From Octopus sinensis (Eukaryota), in NCBI RefSeq assembly GCF_006345805.1, contig NC_043006.1, forward strand, positions 9,858,001 through 9,922,000: a stretch of DNA of 64,000 bases, given 5' to 3'. This document shows positions 25,770-39,754 of the stretch, in pieces (position 1 is the stretch's first letter; the number at the start of each line of letters is the position of its first letter). The notes under the pieces were generated by a model that was given only the letters and a program-made list of their open reading frames with translations, did no database searches and was not told where the DNA came from. The position numbers were made by a program, and so were the translations under genes.

Positions 25770-27040
25770 ACCGGAAAAGTTCACAATCCACATCAATTTG
25801 TCAATTATATGTGTACATTCCTTCCTTTTTAAATACCTCAGCACATTTCCGTCCACAGGATTTGAACAATTTTTCACATTGTCCAGACATAATTTTATTC
25901 CATTCTTCCTGAGGTTTTACCCACAAAACCGTAACATCGCAGGCCTGTACCCTCTGATGATATTGCCAATATATTCCATAATTTTTCAATGAGATTAATT
26001 TCAGGACTCTGAGATGGCCAACGCATTACAGTAATGTTTTCTTCTTCAAACGTATCCTTAACTATTTTAGGACTGTGACATGGAGCATAATGCTGCATAA
26101 ATATTAGCTGATGAGTTGGAAATCACCTCATAGCTGGCACACGCATGATGCAGAACGACGGATCTGGATCAATGGCCCAACACCTGCTGTAGAAATCACT
26201 ACTCATACCATTAAACCTCCACCTCGAAACTTCACTGACTTCGTCACGCTTTTAGGGAATAATCTTTCACTTTTACGACGTTTCACGTATTGTCTACCAT
26301 CGGAGCCAAACATATTGAAACTGCTTTTAACACACCAGTTTCGGTTCTGATGAGAGGTTTTGTAGCGGTGGAAAAATGCACCAAGTTCAACTTCATTCAA
26401 ACGATAACCCACATTCTTCCGAGACACACTCATTCCTTGATCATGATTTACTTAGCAAGAAATTCCTGCTGCTGTACTGCAACGATCTCTTAACGAAAGC
26501 CTCTGAATCACGCGGTCTTGCCAAACACTTGTTTTTCCTGGTCGCTCTCTCGTTTTTTCAATGACACAATTGAGCTTGTTTCGTCATAGAGATTGACCAT
26601 TCATCAAACAACACTCTGTAATCTGTTAATGTCTCTGGCGATAGTAGAAATTGCTATTCCCTCTTTTTTTAAAAATGACCACCCACTTCTTAAGGGTCTC
26701 ATCAACTCTACATTGGCATTCGATTGTTGTAAATTATCTCGTGTTCAATAGAAATCTTCGCACTGTTGGGTCAACTTAGCTTTCTTTGGACCGTGTGTTG
26801 CCAGGTTTTGCTTTTTTAATTTTACACCATTTATTTTTTGATTTTCGCCATCATGTATTTTTCAAATAAACATATTCTCTATTACAAATTATTCGGTTAT
26901 TAATCTCTTTGTACAAAATTTATAGCAAATAATGAACGCATTTTAAAACATGTACAGGAAAATTCCCATTCGGAAAAGTCAAGTAGAAAAGTAAATATAA
27001 CTTGAATTTTATTTTTGCTCTCGAATTTTGGCCATTATCA
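25770..27040 (-). mobile_element. Tc1 (DD34E) transposon, decayed
   Basis: FNMFGSDGRQYVKRR..ERLFP...KFRGGGLMV, APCH and WPSQSPEINLIEKLW; TIR-like ataatggccaaaattcgagagc near 27040. Confidence 0.9.
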
Positions 27041-27081
27041 TACATTTGTGTGTATGTAGGAGGGGTTGGAGGTATATATAT

Positions 27082-27139
<58 letters not shown>

Positions 27140-27143
<4 letters not shown>

Positions 27144-28127
27144 GTATATATACGAATGGTTTACATCTGGTAGGTTATAGATGTACCGTGTACACAAGGG
27201 GAGAGCCTTCTATTTACATTGAGTAGACGGCTGATTCATTTAAGAATAGCGATCGTAACCATGTTGCCAGTTTTAAGACCTATCAATAAGAGACATTAAA
27301 CAACCTTAGCAGATTTTGTATGGCGACTGAAGGAGGATACAATGAAGTACAACATTGGTTGGTTCATAGGAAGGTAAGCGAACCACGCAATATAATTTCC
27401 AGGAGACCCTCTGCTCTGAGGATTCCCTGTCTATTTTGTGGACTAACGAGGAGATCGTTATTAGAATTTCTGAACGACTTCTGAGATGCCTACATGCATA
27501 TAAATGTAAGTTCACAAAATGCAGTGGGAATGAATTTTGAGTAATCGTTAAATTAATTTAATTTATTTTAAGGTATGGATGACTTACGCTTACTTTTAAC
27601 CCTCCCATTCTTAAAAGCACCAAGAAGACAGCTAACTCGTTTTGTTATCATAAGTGCACCAAACCTCACGTGTGCGTTTGCTCACATTTTTGCGGATACT
27701 TGTATAGGCGAGTGGACACGCGACATGCAGCTTGCCCGAGGGATTTTGGATATTATATCTGTTAACGGTTATTTTAAATATTTTTGTCGCCGGATTGTGC
27801 ATTCGGTTCTCTTTTTGCTATCTGTGATTTTATTTTTAATGTTCTATATAAATGAAGATATTTCCTCTGTCTGGCTGCTTTTCTTTCTATGAAATGGAAA
27901 GTTACATTGCACACCATTTATTTTAACGAGTTGTATTTATTTCTCTATCACTCGACGAGATACATCTGCCCCACTGGATGCTCGTGAACCAGTTCTTGAG
28001 TGTCCCAGCCATGAGGAATCCATACTAGATGTGTCGAAAGAATTGTGTGATTGAATAAATTCTCGTATATTTTCCCCTTTTTATCTTTCATGCTAGTATA
28101 GATATATATATATATATAATATATATA

Positions 28128-28179
<52 letters not shown>

Positions 28180-29125
28180 GTATATATACGAATGGTTTAC
28201 ATCTGGTAGGTTATAGATGTACCGTGTACACAAGGGGAGAGCCTTCTATTTACATTGAGTAGACGGCTGATTCATTTAAGAATAGCGATCGTAACCATGT
28301 TGCCAGTTTTAAGACTATCAATAAGAGACATTAAACAACCTTAGCAGATTTTGTATGGCGACTGAAGGAGGATACAATGAAGTACAACATTGGTTGGTTC
28401 ATAGGAAGGTAAGCGAAACCACGCAATATAATTTCCAGGAGACCCTCTGCTCTGAGGATTCCCTGTCTATTTTGTGGACTAACGAGGAGATCGTTATTAG
28501 AATTTCTGAACGACTTCTGAGATGCCTACATGCATATAAATGTAAGTTCACAAAATGCAGTGGGAATGAATTTTGAGTAATCGTTAAATTAATTTAATTT
28601 ATTTTAAGGTATGGATGACTTACGCTTACTTTTAACCCTCCCATTCTTAAAAGCACCAAGAAGACAGCTAACTCGTTTTGTTATCATAAGTGCACCAAAC
28701 CTCACGTGTGCGTTTGCTCACATTTTTGCGGATACTTGTATAGGCGAGTGGACACGCGACATGCAGCTTGCCCGAGGGATTTTGGATATTATATCTGTTA
28801 ACGGTTATTTTAAATATTTTTGTCGCCGGATTGTGCATTCGGTTCTCTTTTTGCTATCGTGATTTTTTTTAATGTTCTATATAAATGAAGATATTTCCTC
28901 TGTCTGGCTGCTTTTCTTTCTATGAAATGGAAAGTTACATTGCACACCATTTATTTTAACGAGTTGTATTTATTTCTCTATCACTCGACGAGATACATCC
29001 CCACTGGATGCTCGTGAACCAGTTCTTGAGTGTCCCAGCCATGAGGAATCCATACTAGATGTGTCGAAAGAATTGTTGTGATGAATAAATTCTCGTATAT
29101 TTTCCCCTTTTTATCTTTCATGCTA
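27140..29125 (+). repeat. Near-identical tandem duplication of an approximately 1.04-kb unit, probably a decayed PLE 3' region
   Basis: Units at about 27140-28095 and 28177-29125, separated by (TA)n; remnants GGY, PFLKAPRRQL, KCTKPHVCVCSH and CIGEWTR resemble the PLE thumb-linker-GIY-YIG order. Confidence 0.85.
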
Positions 29126-29126
29126 C

Positions 29127-29167
<41 letters not shown>

Positions 29168-31082
29168 TATATATGCATGTATATATGTGTATATGTATAT
29201 ATATATGTGTGTGTGTGTATGTGTATGTGTGTGAATGGGTGTGTTTGTGCGTGTGTGTGTGTGTATGCGTGTGTGAGTGTGTGTGTGCGTGTGTATGCAC
29301 AGAATTCAAAGAGGAGAAGCGAAGAAAATTACCAATAGAATACCTCTTAAAATATATTTATAAAGTGAATCTATATTGAGATAAAAGAAATTCAGATAAA
29401 AAATAACAATATTCGAAATTGGAAAAAGTACGTCAACTTTAAAGATCATAATATAATTGAGGTAGCCAACGAGCAAATGACGGGAGAAAAAACGAATAGC
29501 AACGATTATGTAAATATTTTTTCGTAAAAGATATATTTCAGATGTCAATCTAGATAAATATAGTGGCTGATAACATATGAATTTGAAAGCAATTGAATGC
29601 AACAACTGGCGGATGGATACCGGCTGGACACAAACCAAATATTTCATGCAATAGTTATTCAGGTTACTGTATTATGTCATTACACTCAATGCATTCTCCG
29701 ACTTTCATACGTTCAAATTAGAAGCTTAAAACTTACTAGCGAGACAGCAATTTTGTTTACATTTGTAAGATTTTTAGCCTCAGGTATTATATCGCATATT
29801 TTTTGCTGTGTTTTCTTTTCGGCCAAGCATATGAAACGGAGTATATAATCAACGGAAAGATCCCTTAGCAGAAAAGTTGGGCTAGAGGGTTCGTCAGAAT
29901 ATAATGTGAACAAAGGATTTAGAGATTACAAGTACTGAATAGAACAATGATTACATGATAAATATATAAAAAAATTTCTTCAAAAGTGGCGTAAGGTACT
30001 GAGAATACGCTGTCAGCAAAAACTCCAGAAAAAAAATCTATCCTGGGATTAGGAAAAGGATATAAAGGCAAATAATAAGGAAATCTATCAAGGAAGAGCG
30101 GGAAAATATCATTGTATATATATTCAGAAATATATCTATAATGCATCCCTATACGAGGGGCAAAATTTTGAAATAGAGAAGGGCAATTTTATTCTTAAAT
30201 ACAATCAAATAACAGGAGCACGACCGAGGCAGTGAATATGAAAAGGATAAAAATAACAAGATGAGAAATATAGGATACATATAAATAAGAAGATGAATAC
30301 GTTGTAGGTGGACATATTTACTACAAGTCTGAGGTAGTGGTAAACCCTTAGAAAACAAAAATAAATAACAGAGAGAAAACAAAACAAAAGTTCGAATAAC
30401 AAAGCCAATATCAGAAAATTGTTGGTATAAAGAAGTGAACGGACAATCGAAAAACAAGTGAAAGCAAACAGAAACAACGAAAGAAAGCTCTTCTCAACGA
30501 GCGGCTGCAGTAACATAATAATTGATGTGAAAAATAAAATAACTGGTGAAAAAGCAACTCATAAGAACATTTACTATGTGTTTGTGTTTATGTGTGTGTG
30601 TGTGTGTGTGTTTAGAATTAAAGCAGAGTAAGAGTTGTAAACACTATTGGCTGCACATGCTTCATGTATGTGTTTTGTTGTTCAACAGCTCGCTCCCTAC
30701 AGTACTTTGGGAGGGAGTCCCTGATAGCACTGGGTGTCAAAAAAACCGAAAGTCATAGAAGGAAGAGATATCTCCCCTCCAACGCTGTTCAGGAATGATG
30801 GGTACCAATATTCAGACATTTTTGTGGCCTATAAAATTCAGGCACAATTTATCGAAACGGGACGAACGAATTGCCAGCCCGCGACTATATAAAGTTTGTG
30901 TAAGTGCCATTAAGTCTAATGCAATTGCAATGCATATATGTGTTGATATATATAAATATATATATATATATATGAACAGTGAGAAAACGTAATCAAAATC
31001 GTATTGATAGATAGATATTTCAGTCATGTGCAACATAAAACCATTGGTAGCTTCATTAACCACCCACATACACACACACACA

Positions 31083-31149
<67 letters not shown>

Positions 31150-31199
31150 CAACATACATATATATGTGTATTTGTGTACATATGCATGTAAATATATAT

Positions 31200-31385
31200 A
31201 CACACACAGACATACATATACACGACGGGCTTCTCTCAGTTTCCGTGTACAAAATACACTCAAGATCTGGTCGGCCTGAAGCCATAGTAAAAGACACTCG
31301 ACTAAGGTGTCACGCCGTGATAGTGAACCCGGAGCCATGTGGTTAATAAGTATACTTCTTACCAAATAACCACGCCTATATACAT
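31200..31385 (-). mobile_element. SINE family A, 5' half
   Basis: cgacgggcttctctcagtttccg...ggtcggcctgaagccatag matches family A. Confidence 0.8.
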
Positions 31386-31820
31386 ACATAAATACATATA
31401 TGTATATATGTATATGTGCATATATATATATATATATATATACAGTCACAGGCACACACACACACATTACGTATTTGGGTTACATATACTTGCATAAATG
31501 TAGCAATCTTGTTTATGCATGTACATCGGTGTGAATAACTGTGTGCACGCATGCATGTGTGTGCTTGTTTCTGTATGTGTGCGTGTGTGTGTGTTTGTAT
31601 TTATGTATAGATTGTTTGAAGCAGTGTACTGAGGCGTAAGAAAAAGGAGGTACTCATAATTTTAACTAATTCTTTAGTAGCGTTTTCCTCTCTTTCCTTG
31701 ATATTCATCAGATATAAGTTTCCCAGAAAATTTTCTATGGAAGTTATATCTGATGAATCTCCATGAATGAGAAGAAATCGCTAATAAAAATTTTCCAAAA
31801 TCCTAACTACCATTTTATTC

Positions 31821-31852
<32 letters not shown>

Positions 31853-31916
31853 CAGTGTATATATATATATATTTATATACATACATATATAATACAGGTA
31901 TATATCCTTATGTATG

Positions 31917-31959
<43 letters not shown>

Positions 31960-32364
31960 GTATATATATATATATAATATGTATGTATATGCATACACAC
32001 ATAGATTTATATATCATTATACAAATGTGCATATATATACACAAGCACACATACACAGAAACACACATATACATATATGTATGTATGTATGTATGCATCC
32101 ATGTGTGTTTGTATGTATGGACGGTTTTGCAATATCCGGCACTTCTCTATGTGAATGTTTTTCTATCGATAAAATTTGCTGTCTCGGAACTTGGTAACAT
32201 ACTAAATTTTATATAGCTAAAGTAGATAACGGAATACAACGTTGAAATTAACTATCCGGTAAATGCCCGCTTAACACACAAATAACAAATATTGGTGAAA
32301 TAAAGTATTTCGATGTATTACGTAAACACGGCTAAATGATGTCTGACACTAATAAAACACACCC

Positions 32365-32501
<137 letters not shown>

Positions 32502-33181
32502 ATATATATATAGCTATATAAACACATACATACACACACACACATACATAACGATTTAATGGAGCATGGCGCTAAGCAGTGTTTATATATAATCACAATT
32601 TAGGTTAGTTGAAATATGTTTGTCAACGTATTTTACCGTGGAGAAAAAATCTCGAATTCGCTGGTAGATCGCCCGATCGAGATAATTAAACGAAGTAACG
32701 TTGCAAAACAGTGTTTACGTATAATCACAATTTAAGTTAGTTGAAACATGTCTGTCACATATTTCAACTGCTAAAGGCAAATACACTACACTTATCATGG
32801 GGAAAAACTCTCTTATGTTATCAACGTATGAAAACACACAATTCGTTCAATGTCGACATTTCTCGGGAATCCGAATCATTGATGTCTCGAATTTATTTAG
32901 TTTTTTTTCATATTTGTCTCTCTTAGGTACATCTTATAGACAAGAGTCAATAAACTCGAAGCATCGATGACGAAAATAATAGATTTTAAAAAGTCAGATA
33001 TAGCGTGACTTCGAATTTTGAGAAATATTTTTAGTTCATCTTCAGCGAGTCTTACTGAACCCAGGATTGAAAAGTTTGTTAGCCACGGTGTGGTCGATGA
33101 CCGTTTTCAATGTCACAGCTAATTTGAAAGGTTATTGGTATGAATAAAAATTATGTAAATATATATGAACATATTATTGTT

Positions 33182-33240
<59 letters not shown>

Positions 33241-33754
33241 TGGTGATGATGATGATAATTACGAGTGGCTTAGCATGCATCAAAAACCATAAATGTAAAA
33301 ATTATCAATGAAGAATAAAGCGTACGAACAGGCAGTACCGGCAAGTTAACACAACAATCAAAATGACCAAGCCACAAGAATTCACCAACGACGAAAATAA
33401 TTGAAAACTAAAAAAAGTCAGGTACGGGGTTGTGGTGTTTTTGTTCATTTGCTCGATCCATAGTGCAACGATCATTCGCTGGTGGGATACCATACAATCG
33501 GTTGTGGTGCATCCCTCAGAATGCGTGTAGCCACAGGCAGTGGACGTACTCTACCGGCTGACTACTAGGAACATATTCAATACTTAAATAATTATTTGAA
33601 ACATGCATAAAGAAATATAAATTGTCACACAAATGAGGTTCTCTTCTATATAATTTCCCAGTTGATTTTAAGACAATTAAAATCACGTAAACGTAGTGAT
33701 AAATATGCCGTTGCCGGTATATACATTATCCCTTATCAATTTCGACAACATTTA

Positions 33755-33968
33755 AGTTAGGTAGCTGGTAGAATGGTTAGCTCCTCACGGAATGTGCTTA
33801 GTGGGATTTCTGCCGGATTCTTCACATCTAATTTTTAATACCACCGGGTTTGAATTTGTCTGCATCCTTTAGGTAGACAATGAAAGAAGTACCAGATGAG
33901 CACTGGGTCATTTTTAATCGACTAACCCCAAATTTCAGGCCTTGCGCCAATAGTAGAAGGGATTATTT
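33755..33968 (+). mobile_element. SINE family B-related copy, degenerate, alternative tail
   Basis: agctggtagaatggttagc head; tail aaatttcaggccttgcgccaatagtagaagggattatt. Confidence 0.65.
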
Positions 33969-34129
33969 CAGGTGAGAAAAGATTAAGCATTATGTTGAAG
34001 GCAAAATTTGGTATTTTGGATTATAAATACACGTAAAACATTATCAGTAACTATAACAATTAACCTGTAGACTTTCTTTAACCTAAAACAATTTCATGTT
34101 AAGATAAATATCGAAACCCAGCACCCCGC

Positions 34130-34181
34130 TATATATATACATGTATATATATATATATATATTATATATATATATATATAT

Positions 34182-34242
<61 letters not shown>

Positions 34243-34248
34243 ATATAT

Positions 34249-34289
<41 letters not shown>

Positions 34290-34293
34290 TACA

Positions 34294-34329
<36 letters not shown>

Positions 34330-34340
34330 TGTATGTATGT
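34130..34340. repeat. (TA)n/(TATG)n microsatellite
   Basis: Direct reading. Confidence 0.95.
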
Positions 34341-34532
34341 ATGTATGTATGTGTGTGTATATACATATGCAAATACTCGCACATACACCTCAGGGTCCTA
34401 GATTTTTTTATTTATCTATGCATATGCGGTATGTGCGTATGTGTGTGCTTGTATATTTTTGATATTTTGGGGTTTTTTTGTGAATGCTTATATGAAAATA
34501 ACACACCTACACGACACATATACGCACACACG

Positions 34533-34600
<68 letters not shown>

Positions 34601-35309
34601 AAAGAAAGATTGGTTATTGTCATTGAATAGATATTCAATTACATATAATTAAATGTCGAAATCTTTATTTGATAATCAGAAAACTAATATCCGTCTGCAG
34701 TCAGTCTTTAGCTGATGACGTATCGATGCCTTTTTGTCCTTTTCACAATAGTGTACAAAATATATACAAGTACACACAATGATACTCTATCTCTTACTAT
34801 TAATCTTCTAGTTACAAGTATACATCAGTATACTGATCAGATCAGTGTATATATTCCTACTATTGTTTGCGTCTATTGTTGATGTATATCTATACAGAAA
34901 ACATTCATTTGAATATCTAGTTTGCTGCGTATATATCTCTGATATCTTTTGTTCTCCTACACTTTTTTTCTGAATATATTTTCTCTGTTAACATATGTAT
35001 TCAATCAGGTTTTACCTAATCATTTATTTGAAAATATTATAGGAAATAAAAACATACAGCACAAATAGATATAGTGGGACCAGTAACTTTGAATCAATCA
35101 ATTCATTCAGAGAAAATAAAGTATAAGAGAAACTATTTAATTTTCCGATAACATGTCACTGTAATGATTTGAATTTAAGGTATCTGCTTTATAAGAAAGT
35201 AGGAAAATAAATAAAAGGTTTCATACAATAAGTGTACCGTTGTGTAACAAAGAAAATCATGTTTCATAAAACATCCGAAATATTTCAGCTAATGTGGCAG
35301 AAAGTCTGA

Positions 35310-35480
35310 AATATTATTGGTTTAAAATGTTGGCACCAACCAGCAAGGGCGGGTTTTGGAGACATTCGATTACATCGACCCCAATGTTTAACTGGTACCT
35401 ATGTTATTGATACCGAAAGGAGACGAATATCGCTAAGCATTTTGTCTGACGTACTAACAATTCTGCTAGTTCGTAGACTT
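35310..35480 (-). mobile_element. SINE family B-related copy, internally deleted
   Basis: cgattacatcgaccccaatg...ctggtac and gctaagcatttt match family B on the minus strand. Confidence 0.65.
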
Positions 35481-35611
35481 AGTCGGCAATATTAGTGAGT
35501 ATGTTTTTTTATTCCCGAATAAACGCTGGTCAGGCAAACCTTAATTTAATGGTACTATCCTTTTGACCAAGCAATTTATTTCTCCCACACAGCGGACTTC
35601 ATCTAATGGTT

Positions 35612-35858
35612 CATTCTTTCAGCGTGACATTGAATGTGACGAGGCTGACCCTTTGAAATACAGGTGCAACAGAACGGAAGAGTGAGAGGAAATTGTGGTG
35701 AAAGAGTACAGCACGGTGCGCCCCACCCCTGCCAGACCCTCGTGGAGCTGTAGGTGTTTTCGCTCAATAAACACTCATAACGCCCGGTCTGGGAATCGAA
35801 ACCGTGATGCTACAACCGCGTGTCCGCTGCCCTAACCCCTGGGCCATTGTGCCTCCAC
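35612..35858 (-). mobile_element. tRNA-derived SINE (family C)
   Basis: Minus head ggaggcacaatggcccaggggttagggcagcggac...ggtttcgattcccag has A and B boxes and is followed by a non-tRNA body. Confidence 0.8.
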
Positions 35859-36367
35859 TTGTTCTTTTTGTAACACAATAAGGTATGATTTTAATTGGGT
35901 AGGGTTACTACATCAAATTATTTTATTGAATAAGCAGAGAATACTTTGGTTAATATTCATTTGCAAAACTATGTAGCACGCACTGTTGCTGAAAATCCTT
36001 TGCCTCGTATATACCTCATCTAAACATAAAATAATTGTATACGGACTTAGTAGGAAGTATCCCCACGAAAATATAAATTTGGAAATTCATTTCGAATTTA
36101 AAACGTAAATACACGAAGAGCTTGCAAACATATCTCTGGCACAGTCAATTATTTTACACAGCTTAACATATCGTTAAACACACCTAAACACAAACACGCA
36201 CATTCGCACACACACTTGAGAAGGTTGGCATTTCCGTATATAGTTTCTCTAGCCTTTTTCTTTATTCGGTTTCTAAAATATTTTTCAAAACCATTTATAA
36301 TCCTTATCTTATTTACTTCCATATTATTCTTCTGAAACAGGATTTGCAATTAATTAATTTATTTATT

Positions 36368-36570
36368 TGTCAGACTGGCATAAATCTAACAAGTTCCCGA
36401 GGGGGTGTCCTCACTCGATTACATCGGCAAAAGTATTTATTTTATCGATATCGAAATGATAAAACACAAAGAAGACCCAGGCAGAATTTGAACTCACCAC
36501 GTGACGATTAACCAAATGACTCTAAGCATTTTACCCGGCGTACTAACGACACTAACAACTCGCCGCCACG
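36368..36570 (-). mobile_element. SINE family B-related copy
   Basis: ggcagaatttgaactc and ctaagcattttacccggcgtactaacga; nearly the same as the 37950 copy. Confidence 0.75.
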
Positions 36571-36901
36571 AACAATATTTAAACAAATATGTGTTTCCTT
36601 AAACCCAGATGAATCGCGATTGAACAAGGCCTAAATATTAAAAAAATTATTCCAGTCTTGAACATGTCTTGATATATTGGTGTTAATTTCCCTATATTAT
36701 CTTTCCTTGTTTAAAATAGCGATGTGTGATTTGAATGAAATTTCGCTGCTTTTTCTAGCATCTAACCATCTTGAGGGATCAGTGACTCTCATAAACTGTG
36801 AATATTTGTAAACCATTATTTCTCATTCTTCACAATTATTCTTAAGATCTGCTCCTGATTTTGCTTTTCAAGAAAGTCTACCTATAACAAAGTTAACCAC
36901 A

Positions 36902-37274
36902 TCTCTCTCTATATAAACGGCAGTTTGTCTGTGCGTGTTTCTGCGTGTCTGTTTGCTTGTACCCTCACCCTGACCACGGCTTTCAACTGATTCTGATGAA
37001 ACTTGACACACACATAGCCCAATGTCATAATTCAAAACTAACGTAGCGAAACTTTCCCCCAGTTCTGAAAAAAATCGATAAATTCGACATGGGGTCGAGA
37101 ATCAGAAACACAAACCGCAAACTGTCTAGGGGACGCAACTCCACCTTTTTTAACTAAAAAAAAATTTACCATAATTTTTTTCCATTTTTTTGCTATTTTT
37201 TGGCTATAACTCTCTAAAAATGCTTTATAGTTATTTCCCTTACAAACCAGAGCAACGCCGGGCGATACTGCTAG
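36902..37274 (+). mobile_element. Non-autonomous Helitron (different 5' part)
   Basis: A|TC start; gagcaacgccgggcgatactgCTAG|T end. Confidence 0.85.
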
Positions 37275-37724
37275 TCATATATATTTCACTTTATAAAATA
37301 TTTATCTCATTCTTTTACTTATACGTTTCACTTAGTATTTTCATTCATCTACTCTCTGTCGGAATCTATTATCTTTTTGCATGGATATTGTATATTTAAA
37401 ATTATATTTCTATGGTTGCACGAATATAAACGTTTAGGAAATCGTTTGATTCACTTATGCCACTTAGAAGTGACATGTTATATTGTCGACTATCGCTCTT
37501 CGCAATTCCTCTGTAGTCGATAATCTAATTTAGAATTTGAAAGAGGACTCTCCAAATGAATATCACTTAATAATACGGGTACTTTGATACTCCCAACTAT
37601 TTCCTTCATTGATAATCATTGAGATTGTCCCCTTAACATCTCCATAAAATTGTATACTATCATCATAACATTTCCATAAATATTAATACTATCATCAAAC
37701 ATAAGTTCTCTAATGGAAAAAAGT

Positions 37725-38500
37725 AAGAAACAAATTTGAAAGGAGGGGACAAAATGATTACATCGAACTCAGTACATGACACGTACTTAATGTTATCGAA
37801 CTGAAAGGATGAAAAGCAAAGCTATTCTCGGGGTGATCTGAACTTAGAATGTAAAAAGTAGCAACTGCTGCCGCCAATAATTTTGTCAAACACGGCAATG
37901 GTCCTACCAGCTCAATTGCAAAATAACTTCATAACTAATACTGTGTTCAAAATCTGGCATAAGTCTAACAAGTTCCCCTGGGGATATCCTGACTCGATTA
38001 CATCGGCAAAAGTATTCAATTGGTACTTATTTTATCGATATCGAAATGATAAAACACAAAGAAGACCCAGGCAGAATTTGAACTCCCCACGTGACGATGA
38101 ACTAAATGACTCTAAGCATTTTACCCGGCGTACTAACGATACTAACAACTTGCCGCCTTGAACGCCGTCTATAATATTGATTTCAAATTTTGCCATAAGG
38201 TCAGTAATTTCCGAGAGGGTTCAGTGGTGGACATCGACCCCAGTATTCGACTGGTACTTCTTATTATCACCATTAAGGCGATGAGCTGGCAGAATCGTTA
38301 GCACACTGGGCAACATGCTTAACAGTATTTGGCCGTGGCTACTTTCTCAGTTCAAATTCCACAAAGATCGACTTTATCCTGCACTCTTTCAGGATTGATA
38401 AATTAAATATCAGAAAATCACAGAGGTCGATGTAATTGATTAGTCCTCTTCACCACCAAAATTCAGCCTTTGTGCCTTTAGTAGAATGGATTAATATAAT
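37725..38500. mobile_element. Cluster of four SINE family B-related copies (three minus, one plus at 38275-38500)
   Basis: Repeated gattacatcg, tcgaccccag and gagctggcagaatcgttagcac motifs. Confidence 0.7.
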
Positions 38501-38529
38501 CATCATTATTATTAGTAATATATACTATT

Positions 38530-38750
38530 AGCATTATACTCTTTTACTCTTTTAGTTGTTTCAGTCATTTGACTCTGGCCATGCTGGAGCACCGCCTTTA
38601 GTCGAGCATATCGCCCCCAGGACTTATTCTTTGTAAGCCTAGTACTTATTCTATCGGTCTCTTTTGCAGAACTGCTAAGTTTGGGCGACGTAAACACACC
38701 AGCATCGGTTGTCAAGCTATGTTGGGGAGACACAGGCACACAAATATATA
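38530..38750 (-). mobile_element. SINE family A, 3' half
   Basis: ttttactctttta...tttcagtcatttgactctggccatgctggagcaccgcc...acaccagcatcggttgtcaagc. Confidence 0.9.
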
Positions 38751-38759
38751 CAAATCGTG

Positions 38760-38878
38760 ACGCTTACAGCACATAGGTTTCCCAAGCAGTCACCCATCTA
38801 ATTACTAACTAGGCTCGACATTGTTAACTTCGGTGATCGGACGAGAAACGGCGCTTTCAACGTGATAAGGCCGTGAAT
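38760..38878 (-). pseudogene. 5S rRNA pseudogene
   Basis: 119 nt: attcacggccttatcacgttgaaagcgccgtttctcgtccgatcaccgaagttaa...gttagtaattagatgggtgactgcttgggaaacc..gtgctgtaagc follows metazoan 5S, with substitutions in boxes A and C. Confidence 0.9.
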
Positions 38879-39754
38879 ATAAATGTTATTAGTACCAATG
38901 ATTTCTATCATTACTTAAATGTAAATAGTCCCCTTTACCAAAAGCAATCATTCCGAATATATACATGCTTTTTCTTTACTTTGTTTTTGCTTTCACGGTA
39001 AAGCAAGGCGAGCTATTTCAGATTTTTCACATTATATGCTGACACGGCAGGTGATAAGTATTTAAAAGAAAATGAAACTAGTAAGCCGATATGATTGTCA
39101 ATTTTTAGAGACGTTCGATATATTTTTAGGGTATATAATGTGACATGATGAGTTGGTATTTACATGCTTAATTAAATATTTGTCGATTATTTACTATTTG
39201 TGTGCCGATTCTTATTTACTTGCAGTATAATTACAACATCCGAATATGAAGAAAATCCTCATTTCCAGATTTCAAGTGTGAGTTGTCTCATTTCATTTCT
39301 ATAGCATATAACATGGAGAGAATTTAATTGTACTTGTGACAGATAATTTGCAGTAATTGCACTTTCACTTCCGCTTCCATTATTGACGTTAAAATGTGTG
39401 AATCCGTATAAAGAACCTATTATAATATCTGTTGCATAAAGTTCTCAACACGCCATTATCTAGAGGCCTGCATTTATTCAGTTATCATTATGTGAAAATA
39501 TGGATTAATTATGACATTCATTTAATTACATGAAACGGCTCGTTAAGTCCTTTGTAATTAAAAATATTCAGGAAACAAAGTGTGGTTCTCTTTAGAACCG
39601 CTTCCTAAATTCTTTTTGCTTCAAATTCAAGAACTGCGGTTCTTTAATTTGTAAGTTCCTGTTAGTAAATAGTTTGTGAACGTATGTCTGTATATGTTTG
39701 TGTGTACTTGTGTGTGTGTGTGTGTGTGTAAGAGTGAGAGAAAAAGAGAGAGGA

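Noticed and set aside
27310-27892. Compact spliced gene with 30-nt and 67-nt introns (good GT-AG signals, continuous frame)
   Set aside because: The 30-nt intron is implausibly short for this host and the peptide is unrecognisable. PLE remnant motifs in the correct order explain the region better. RNA-seq junctions would reopen the question.
29300-30560. A-rich coding-like stretch
   Set aside because: Frequent stops in all plus frames and no recognisable motif.
35780-35858. Functional tRNA gene
   Set aside because: The tRNA-like head continues into a SINE body; the acceptor stem and terminator are not intact.
38760-38878. Functional 5S rRNA gene
   Set aside because: Solitary, with many substitutions including in the internal promoter, and no poly-T terminator.
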